From positions 21,314 to 85,313 of the IMG/VR virus record IMGVR_UViG_3300020582_000006: a stretch of DNA of 64,000 nt. One strand, written 5' to 3'. The notes below the pieces were generated by a model. That model saw only the letters and a list, made by a program, of their open reading frames with translations, made no database searches and was not told the origin of the DNA. Shown piece after piece: positions 49,506-58,073 of this stretch. Position 1 is the first letter of the stretch. Every line of letters begins with the position of its first letter. The DNA comes from a virus. Both the position numbers and the translations under genes were made by a program.

Positions 49506-49937
49506 TTACGCGGCTTTCGCCTTTTTCGCTACCTTCGCTTTGGGATTCGTCCCATTGGCGAAGTGCTCGGCCGCCTCAGCATAGGTGATGCCGTGCTTTT
49601 GGGCCAGGGCGCGAATCGCGGCGATTTTGACCCATGCCTTTTTACCGGCGGCTGAGTGGTCGAAGTTCGCAACCTGGCGAGGCGCGTCGATGGCGGTCAC
49701 CTCACCCTTCGCCTTACCCTCAGTCGGCTCGGTGGTCGTGTAACCCTCGGCCAGCTTTTCGGCAACCTTGTCGGAGTACAACTTTTCGGCGTCAGACTTT
49801 GAATCCTCGGTGTACTCAAAACCCTGAAGGTCGGAACCCCGGCGGCCAAAAAAGAAGGTCGCTACGTTTCCCTTGAGAGTGGCGATATAAACCTTGTCGG
49901 ATTTCGCCGATTTGAAGTAAAGAGTGGTGGTTTTCAT
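49506..49937 (-). CDS. WGR-domain protein
   Basis: LYF....SDKVY, FFGRRGS.L and K..EGY motifs. Confidence 0.75.
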   Translation of the reverse strand: MKTTTLYFKSAKSDKVYIATLKGNVATFFFGRRGSDLQGFEYTEDSKSDAEKLYSDKVAEKLAEGYTTTEPTEGKAKGEVTAIDAPRQVANFDHSAAGKKAWVKIAAIRALAQKHGITYAEAAEHFANGTNPKAKVAKKAKAA

Positions 49938-50467
49938 TGTGTTGTGTTGTCCTTTTTTTTTCGTTTTCGCCGGGTGTTTATCTCGCCCGGTAGTTATTAG
50001 ATGCAAGAGTGGAGCCAGGAGTCGCCGGGATGCGAAAAAAAACAGAGTTTTTTTCAAAGTATTTTCCGTTTAGAATCAGTGCTTTACGGGCCGATTTCGG
50101 CTCCATGGCGGCGCAATGCCACCCGGTAAACCCTTGAAAGCAGGGCGGTTACCGGTTCCCGGCGCAACCCGGAAGTGATTGAAAATGCGTGCTTTACGCG
50201 GTCCGGCGTAGAATCGCCGGTTCCCTGGGGAAACCGGCGGGATTCGGGCCGGATTTCGGGCCGGAAGTGGACAGGGATCGCGCGGCTCCATCGGCAGACG
50301 GCGGGCCGGGACCGGCTCGCGAAACTGTTCCGAAACGGAAGAGTTTCCGGCTGCGGCGGCAGGCACCCGGGCCGGTTTTCCGCTGCGCTCCGCTATCCCT
50401 TGTATATCGCTTGTACGTCGAAACCGGCGAACAGACATCGAAATCCACTGGCGGATAATGAAACCCT

Positions 50468-51238
50468 ATGGCTTACGCTTCGATTCTCGATATTCCGACG
50501 CCCGCTGCGCTCGAGTACCTTGGCGGCTACAAGCTCAAGTTCATGGAGAATTTCTATAACATCGACGTGGACATGAAGCCGTACTCGCAGCAGTACCATA
50601 CCTGGCTCAATGGCATCTGGTTCAACAATCCCCCGGTTCTCAACGACAAGGCCTCGATTGTCGCGGCCAATGGCGTAGGTACGCTCACCTGGCTGAAATC
50701 TTCCATCCCGTCTTACAACACCACCATCCGCTCGATGCAGGACTTCCGTTTCGGTTACTTCGAGTCCCATTTCCGGTTCGACAATATCGACGGCTCATGG
50801 CCGGCTTTCTGGCTGCTGTCGTCGGAGACTCTGAACAACCGCCATATCAACTCAGGCGAATTCGACATCATGGAGTGGGTATCGTCGACGCCCGACAAGT
50901 GCTTCTTCAACTTCCACAAGTGGGCGCCGGGTGGCGAGCAGATGCTCGGCGGCGGACAGTATTCGATCACCTTCGAGCGTCCCCAGGACTTCAGTTTCTC
51001 GGACTACCACACGTACGGGATGCTCTGGACGCCCGGCAATGCGGACTGGTACGTGGATAACAAATGGATCGGCTCCTGCTCGATCGACCACGAGATCGAA
51101 GACCAGCATTACTACCTGATGCTGGGCTCGCAGGCCGGTCTGAACTGGAAGGACGATCCGGCGACGCTCGAGAAGATCACGTCGGAACAGATTCAGGTCC
51201 AGTCCAAATGGATCCGCGTCTGGCAGGTTTCGCCGTAG
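50468..51238 (+). CDS. Glycoside hydrolase family 16 (beta-glucanase-like)
   Basis: FGYFE, WPAFWLL, catalytic GEFDIME, YHTYG..WTP and WYVD motifs. Confidence 0.9.
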   Translation: MAYASILDIPTPAALEYLGGYKLKFMENFYNIDVDMKPYSQQYHTWLNGIWFNNPPVLNDKASIVAANGVGTLTWLKSSIPSYNTTIRSMQDFRFGYFESHFRFDNIDGSWPAFWLLSSETLNNRHINSGEFDIMEWVSSTPDKCFFNFHKWAPGGEQMLGGGQYSITFERPQDFSFSDYHTYGMLWTPGNADWYVDNKWIGSCSIDHEIEDQHYYLMLGSQAGLNWKDDPATLEKITSEQIQVQSKWIRVWQVSP

Positions 51239-51298
51239 TTCGTTCCGCTGCCTGTCGTACATACAAGCGATATACACTGACGGGTTAAACTGGTCGGG

Positions 51299-51874
51299 AT
51301 GAACGTCACCAGACGGAACCCGCGCATGGGCGAAGCAGGCCATCGGGAGATGCTCAAGGAGCGCCTGCTCGATTACGATCTCGAGGATACGCTCAAGCTC
51401 CGTGAGCGGTTGATCGAGCGTTGGCGGGCCGCGCATCCGGCCGCGGCCTGCCAGCAAAGTTCTTATCTGCGCCCGCTGATCAAAGATGAGCAATGGGAAA
51501 GGCAGACTCCCGAAGATCCGGACGAAGGCTGGTATAACGACATCTACTACGTCACTCTCCGCCGGCGTCCGGACAAAGTCTTCGAGACGAAGCAGGGCAT
51601 GATCCAGCTGGGGATCGCGTCCCACGATGGCAGCGCCCGCCATGACTGGCGCGACTATCAGGCGATCAAGAATCAGCTGGCCGGCCCGGAGTGCGAAGGC
51701 TTCGAACTCTTCCCGGCTGAGTCACGGCTGCTCGATCCATCCAATTACTACACGCTCTGGTGTTTCCCCGGCGTCAAACGCATCCATGTGGGACGCTACG
51801 ATACGCGCTATGTGCTCGACGCGCACGAGGCTTTCGCGCCGCAAAGAGCCATGGCGGTCAAACCGGAAGAATAA
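51299..51874 (+). CDS. Conserved phage protein (paralog of 22796-23275)
   Basis: DWRDYQAIKNQLAGPECEGFELFPAESRLLD. Confidence 0.7.
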   Translation: MNVTRRNPRMGEAGHREMLKERLLDYDLEDTLKLRERLIERWRAAHPAAACQQSSYLRPLIKDEQWERQTPEDPDEGWYNDIYYVTLRRRPDKVFETKQGMIQLGIASHDGSARHDWRDYQAIKNQLAGPECEGFELFPAESRLLDPSNYYTLWCFPGVKRIHVGRYDTRYVLDAHEAFAPQRAMAVKPEE

Positions 51875-51876
51875 AC

Positions 51877-51923
51877 AAAAAGGCCCCACGGCTGGTGTTC
51901 CATGCCAGCCGTGGGCTCTTTTT
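51877..51923. terminator. Bidirectional intrinsic terminator
   Basis: CCCACGGCTGG/CCAGCCGTGGG stem with an A-tract and a T-tract, between convergent genes. Confidence 0.8.
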
Positions 51924-51964
51924 GTGGAACGCAAACCCAAGGTCTAAACACCGCTCATCATACA

Positions 51965-53750
51965 TCAAGTCGGCGCATCACTCACGGCAATCTCAATCTC
52001 GTATTCGTCGTCCGTCAGCACGCCGCGGGCGATCCCGTTCTCGATCAGCAGCGGCAGCACACCGGCGACGAAACCGCTGCGTTTATTCGCCCGCACCAGG
52101 CCGTCGAGGCCCAGCGCGACCGAGACGCCGTTGGGCGAGATCATCAGGACTCTCGCCTCACACCATTCGTCGCTCGACGCCGCGAGGCGCACGCGCACGA
52201 GCTGGTCCTGAACGAGCTGCGGTTCGCTCATAGCGGATCGAAGCCCTGACCGGTCGCTACCTCGAGCCAGATGCTCAGTTCCTGCGGCGTGTGAATCAGC
52301 CGCGCGTTGGTACGCAGCGTGTGCAGCGCGAGGCGGCCGCGTTCGTTCGCGTGCGGATTCGCGTCCCATGCGGTCGCCTCGATCCACTGAATGACATAGG
52401 CTCTGAGCAGCCCCAGCTCGCGCACGGTGACTTTCATCGGATCCGCGAGCCAGCTGGCGACGGCGAGGGCCAGCTCGCCGCCTGTCTCATGCATCCAGTA
52501 ATTCGGTACTGTGGCCATCTCAATTGCGCTGACCCTGCAGCACGCGCCGCGCAATGGCGTTTTCATGGTGTACCCGGTCCAGTTCGGGTTGCGCCTCGGC
52601 GACGGTGCTGAATCTTGTCACGCCATCTTCGTAATGCCACTCGCGCGAGTGACAGATGCCGCACCAGGGATTGAGCCGGCCTTCTTTAACGGCTTCGTCG
52701 ACCAGAGCCTTCATCGCATCCTTGCTGATTTCCACGAAGTTGTAGTCCGCATCGGTCGGGGCCTCATAGGCAAGGGCTATGATGCAATGGCGCTGCGGGC
52801 AAAGGCATTGAACGATATGAACCATGGCCCTATCTCTGGCTTCCGCATCGTTCACAGAAGTGAGAACTGTCCGTTCCCCGGTTCATCTGACCGCACCAGC
52901 GGCATATCCATTCCCATCCGGTCATGTTGTGTAGTGTATAGCGATTGTATGTCTATTTGCTATCGGATTTGACCTTCGCGCGAACCTGGGCAAGCTGGGT
53001 CTGCCAGTCCTGATTGATGTCGCGGATCTTGCGCTCCTGCGCCTGATGCACGATGAAGCCGGTCAGCAGAGCTGTGACCAGCGCCGTCGCCAGACACGCC
53101 ACCAGTGTGATCATTGCTTCGTATCGCCCTCTTTGGCCTGCGCATCGAGATAGGGCCCATCGTAGTCGCCCTGGTCCGGCTTGAAGGCAAAACCCCGGCT
53201 GAGAAACTGCAGAGCTTTGCGCGGATCGTCGGCCCCCTGCAGCATTTCGGTAATCCGGGCTACATCGATATTGGTTGCATAGCCTACCAGGATCGTATTC
53301 AGCCTGAGATTTGTCCACAAGGGCGGCAGCTTCCCCATCTCCACCTGGGCCGGGTCATAGGCCTTGATGCGCTCGACGCTCTGGTCGTCGAGCGCGATGA
53401 AAAGCGAGTACTCCCGGGCATTGATCTGGAACGGAATGACGATCAGACGCGGCCTCTTCCCTGGCATTCCGGACAGCCGATTACACAACCGGGCGTGGTC
53501 GAGGCCAGAAAGCCTTCGCCTTCGCAGAATGAGCACGTCACGAGCGCAGTTTCCTGCCGCGCCTGCGCTTCCATGTAGCGCCGTTCGACCGGGCAGCCGG
53601 CCAGATGCAGCGGCACGGCCGCGTGACAGTCGGGGCAATGCCGGAAATGGCGTCCGTGGCTGACATACTCGGCGTGTTCGATGGTGAGTACCGCCAGCCT
53701 GGGCTTGACCTCAGCCTCGGCGCTGGGAAACTCGATCACTGATGCGGACA
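51965..53750 (-). other. Leftward cluster of small hypothetical genes
   Basis: ORFs 51965-52231, 52228-~52518, 52520-52855, 52953-53114, 53111-~53467 and 53443-~53751. Confidence 0.5.
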
Positions 53751-53914
53751 TTGGATTTCTCTCCTGTGGAAATCTCCTCTTTATATGAGTTAGTGTCTCA
53801 TGGCTCGCGGTGGCCTGTTTCTGTACGATGATATACTGTCCCAATGCCAAAAGACACGCTAAAGTGCTTTCTTTGTACGTATAGGATCGATCATGGTACC
53901 TCTGGTACGAACTG

Positions 53915-54127
53915 ATGCGTGGTGATGCAGAACTTGTTGAGAAACCTGTGAAAAATGTTTCACGTGAAACACACAGCTATCTCTCAACCAACGAAGTAAG
54001 TCTGGTCCTCGGCCTGAGTCTGGGCACGGTAAAGCGCCGGATCAAAGACGGAACCCTGCCTGCCGTGAAGATCGGTCACTTGTGGAAAGTGCGCCGCGAA
54101 GACCTGCCGAAGCCTGGAGCGAAGTAA
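53915..54127 (+). CDS. Excisionase-like HTH_17 DNA-binding protein
   Basis: LST.EV...LGLS..TV.R.IK.G.LPA.KIG..W.V. Confidence 0.8.
   Translation: MRGDAELVEKPVKNVSRETHSYLSTNEVSLVLGLSLGTVKRRIKDGTLPAVKIGHLWKVRREDLPKPGAK
53956..53971. promoter_or_regulatory. parS: Canonical parS palindrome TGTTTCACGTGAAACA
   Basis: Matches the bacterial parS consensus TGTTNCACGTGAAACA. Confidence 0.8.
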
Positions 54128-54131
54128 ACAC

Positions 54132-56997
54132 ATGTCGGCGGCAATGATCTCTTGTTCGTGGATGGAGGGCACCTTCGCAATGATCGAATGGGGACCGGAA
54201 GACGTGGTCGAAGCTCTGGAGATGTACGTCGTCTACAGCAACCCGCTCGACTATCCCGGCAAGTTCGTCGTGCGCCAGTGGAGCGTGGCCACTGTCCTCA
54301 AGAACGGCGAACGCTTTCAGGACTATAAGGCTCATGTGATCCCGCTGACCGTGGTCGATACGCTCGACGAAGCGCGGGAAGCCGTCCCCGGCGAGTGCGT
54401 GAACATTGGCCGGTATGATCAGGACGACCTGGCCATTTACGAGGTGTGGGTGTGAAGTGTCTCTTTTACGCGCATGTGCTGCACCAGCTGATGAGCGGCG
54501 AGTGGATTATTCTGCAGAATCCCGGCAGCAACCAATGCGCCCTGATTACGGACGCGCACTCACCCTGTTCGATGGAAGTGACGTTAAACAAGGCTCCCGA
54601 GTGGACTGAGTGCCCGCGCAATCCGACAGTGAACGGCACAGGACCGGCCAGATGAGCAAGCGACCGTCTGCGTCTGGACCTGGACGTTACAAGCTGATCG
54701 GACAAACGCCGGTGCCCTGTCCCGATCTGATGGAATGGGCCGAATTCATGGAAATGGGCGGGCGGCAGGTGGCTGAGACTTTCATCGACAGATACCGCGT
54801 TTCCACCATCTTTCTCGGCCTCGATCATCGGTTTCCGCCAGACCGCGGCGAACCCATCCTGTTCGAAACGATGGTCTTTCTCAATTCGGCTGAATCGCAG
54901 CGCCGGCCCGAAGAGTCGGTCGACGAATGGCTTTTTCGCCGGAAAGCCCTGAGTGATGCCGAACCGCTGCCGATGGAGTGCGAGTCACGCTGCTCGACAT
55001 GGCTCGAAGCCGAAGCCGATCACGAAGCAGTGTGTCTGATGGTCGAGATGGCGACCGGCAGCCCACGGCGCGGCATCAATCCGTTTGGCGCAGTGGTTCT
55101 TACAGATCAGGAGCCTTCACCGGAGCTGAAACGGGATATCCTCACTGTGATTCGCGGCGTGCGCCGGATGAAAGTGCCAAAAAATGGCAAAAAATGAGCA
55201 AACCTGAAGCCCTTCTGGTGGCGGGACGGCGGCTGCGGAATTACCGCGACAAAGGCTTGACGCCCCCGGCTGACGCCCGCATCACGCCTTGCATCAAATG
55301 CGGGGCGCTGCTCGCGCTCTCCCGGGAAGCTGCGGCGCAGATGGATCGGACACTCGCGGACTCGCGACTCGCCGCGGCCATTTGTACGCTCTGCCTGCTC
55401 GATCATGTGCCGAAGATCGATGCTGTCGAAGTGTCGCCGCAAGGCGCGGCCTTACTCGACAGGAATCCCGAACTGCTGCAAGGATCCGGATTCCGCGCTC
55501 GCGATGTGCTGGACGAACTGATCCGCCGGACGAAGAAATGAAAGTCCTCTGGCATCTGCTGCGCGAAGGTCTGGCGATCTATCTCTTCGTCTGGCTGATC
55601 GACGGTCCGATCCAGTTCATCTGCGACGTGATCGGAACCATTATCGGCACGGTTGCCGGCTGGCTGTTCAATCGCATGATGGAGGCGCTCCGAAGCTATG
55701 AGAGATGACAACGACACCTTGAGGTTTCCGCCGACGAACTGCCTGAATTGCAACCTGGAGCTTGATTCGCTCAGTACGCTCGATAACACGGTGCCTCATC
55801 CGAAGCGCGGCGACCCGGTCGTATGCCTGCATTGCGGCGCGGTGGCCACCTTCGATAACGGCCGCGTCCGTCCGCTTACAAAACAGGAGATTGAAGACCT
55901 GATGTGCTCGACCCGCACGATGGAGAAACTGCTGATGATCCGCGCCGGTATTTTCTTCGTTCATCACCAGCAAGCCCAGCGCAACTAAAAAGGCTTTGAA
56001 AAAACCGCTGATATTATCAGATGGATTTACAAGAGCCCTGATGTGGCCTTGTTATGCCTGCGGTTCGCACGAGCCTGACTGCGGGCATCGCGAGATCGAG
56101 CTGGTCGCATGGTGGCATTCGCTCGCGGTCGATTGCTGGCATCGCGAGATCGAACTGCTTGCATGGTCGCCGAGGAAAACCGATGACGAACACCAGATTG
56201 TTGCTGCTGACAGCCTTGCTGCTGCTGGCTCTGGGAATTCTCCTGGTTTATGTGACTGCCCAGCGGAAGTTCGAGTCCACCAGGAGCTCGATGATCAACC
56301 GAGGCGCCGAGGTAAACGGAACGTCGCTCGCGAATCTCGAACTCATCTGGCCGGTCGATTCGAAAGAGTTCCTTGCGAAGCAGGCCCCGGCCGATGCGAG
56401 CGAGGCTTTCCGAAAAACGTTCGCCGCCTGCGCTGAGAACGGCGGACGCGTATTCATCCCGCCCGGCTACTGGTGGGTGCCGAAACTCAAGACCATGCCT
56501 GTCAGGCGCTGTCCCTCCTACGGACTGGGATCGAAAAGTCACATAGACACCGTAGTGGACTTCTCGCCTCTGGCTCCGGCCGTCGATCCGCGGACGCTGC
56601 TCAAACCATCCGGCGGCTGTATCATGCGCGATGCGGATCAGTACAACATGCCTTTCCCGATGAGCTGCCCATGAGGAAAAGAAACAAAGCGACTCCTGTC
56701 CCTGCTGCGGACATACGGGCCCAGGCGATCCGGCGCTCGCCGGAATGGGGCGAGCGGCTGCTGGCGCTCGAGGCTGCCGGCCTGCTGCGCACCGGCGATC
56801 ATCCGGACTTCATCGTGGGCGGCCAATGGCCGACTACCGTGAAAGGGGCGATCCGGCGATCGTGCGCCGACTGCCGCGAATTCGTGGCGCTCTCGCCTGA
56901 CTCCGGTCTGCCGAAAAGCCTCGAATTCCCGAATGCGCCGATCATCTGCTGGCCGTGCTGCGAACGCCGCGCGCTCGAATCGAAGCTGAAGACATAG
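54132..56997 (+). other. Run of small coupled hypothetical genes (e.g. 54132-54455, 54652-55197, 55194-55541, 55698-55988, 56183-56674, 56671-56997)
   Basis: ATGA/GTGA overlaps. 54652-55197 has a VSTIFLGLDH...P.LFETMVF phage motif. Confidence 0.6.
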
Positions 56998-57085
56998 GTG
57001 CAGGCGTGACAAATGGTGGCTCCACGGCCACATGATGAAATACCTTTGCTTTCCTATTTCTTCCTGCGTTATCCTGACAGTTTGC

Positions 57086-57248
57086 GGGAGCGGCGAAGTT
57101 GGCCGGATACTTCATATGCTAATGAAACTGGCCCCGCTGGATCTGTTGACGTCACTTTGAAAAGGGTGAGCGCCGAAAGGTGGGGTTGGAAGACCATCGA
57201 CAGGTCCTGCGGGGCCAGTACATTTCCGGTTGGCGCTTATTCCCTCCC
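57086..57248 (+). ncRNA. Y-RNA-like gene 1 (large non-tRNA cargo domain)
   Basis: 5' GGGAGCGGCGAAG..GGATACTTC and 3' TTCCCTCCC. Internal long stem ACTGGCCCCGC/GCGGGGCCAGT. Confidence 0.6.
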
Positions 57249-57257
57249 ATAAGCCTT

Positions 57258-57476
57258 ATGGATAACGAGCTGAAAGAGTACCTTGACGCAATGGAAGCCC
57301 GTATCAACGCGAATATCGAGCGCGTCGAAACCAAACTGCTGACCGCCTTTCACGGCTGGTCGCGGCCTTATGAGATCCGGGCGCGCGGCGTATCAACGGC
57401 AGTCAACAGTTTCGATGAGCGGCTCGGTCTGGTGGAGGAACGCCTCAGCGCCATCGAGCGCAAACAGGCACATTGA
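57258..57476 (+). CDS. Small coiled-coil hypothetical protein
   Basis: MDNELKEYLDAMEAR..ERVETKLLTAFH.W. Confidence 0.65.
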   Translation: MDNELKEYLDAMEARINANIERVETKLLTAFHGWSRPYEIRARGVSTAVNSFDERLGLVEERLSAIERKQAH

Positions 57477-57483
57477 TTTTCAG

Positions 57484-57619
57484 GTGACGCGGCGAAGGAT
57501 CGGGATACTTCTTACTTAATCTGTGGGTCGTGGGTTCGAGTCCCATCACCGGCGCAAGTCGGTGTAGCTCAGCTGGGTAGAGCAACAGCAAAAAGCCCCG
57601 GGCCGACAATTCCCGTCAC
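57484..57619 (+). ncRNA. YrlA-like Y RNA 2 (permuted tRNA-like domain)
   Basis: GTGACGCGGCGAAG...TTCCCGTCAC terminal stem. The T-arm GGGTTCGAGTCCC precedes the closed acceptor-like stem and the D-arm TAGCTCAGCTGGGTAGAGCA. Upstream of Ro60. Confidence 0.8.
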
Positions 57620-57630
57620 TGTTTTTGGAT

Positions 57631-57729
57631 CTGGCGCGGCGAAGATTGGAGATACTTCTTTGGTTGAAGATCGGGGCAACCTGATCTGCGGTTCAATTCC
57701 GCGAGCCTCCAGTTGACCATTCCCGCCAG
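57631..57729 (+). ncRNA. Y-RNA-like gene 3
   Basis: CTGGCGCGGCGAAG..GATACTTC...TTCCCGCCAG, with T-loop GCGGTTCAATTCCGC. Confidence 0.7.
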
Positions 57730-57741
57730 TTTGAGTTTTTT

Positions 57742-57877
57742 CATGGCGCGGCGCAGTTGAGACGGTTACTTCATAAGTACAGGTTCGACTCCTGTCGGGC
57801 TGGCTTGAAAACCGGCTCGATATTGCTCTATGTTTTATGGCCAGAGCAAAACCGTTCTGACGATCTTTCCCGCCATG
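57742..57877 (+). ncRNA. YrlA-like Y RNA 4
   Basis: CATGGCGCGGCGCAG..TTACTTC...TTCCCGCCATG, with T-arm ACAGGTTCGACTCCTGT and a D-like GCTCT..AGAGC arm. Confidence 0.7.
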
Positions 57878-57889
57878 TTTTAAAGGAGG

Positions 57890-57960
57890 CTGGCGCGGCG
57901 AAATTCTGGGCTACTTCATTCTTCAAAAATGCCAACGCCCAGGGTGCTCTTTCCCGCCAG
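57890..57960 (+). ncRNA. Minimal Y-RNA-like gene 5
   Basis: CTGGCGCGGCGAAA..CTACTTC...TTCCCGCCAG with only a short loop. Confidence 0.65.
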
Positions 57961-58073
57961 TGATCTCTTATGCTGAAGTACTTCCTGATCGGCGAAGCCT
58001 GCGGAATCGCGACGGTGTTCCTTGGCGCTTATCTGCTGTACCTCTACTTTGACCGCCGCTGGTGAAACGAATT

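Noticed and set aside
57520-57590. Canonical tRNA gene
   Set aside because: The T-arm precedes the D-arm, and there is no anticodon loop or free acceptor end. This fits a YrlA-type tRNA mimic.
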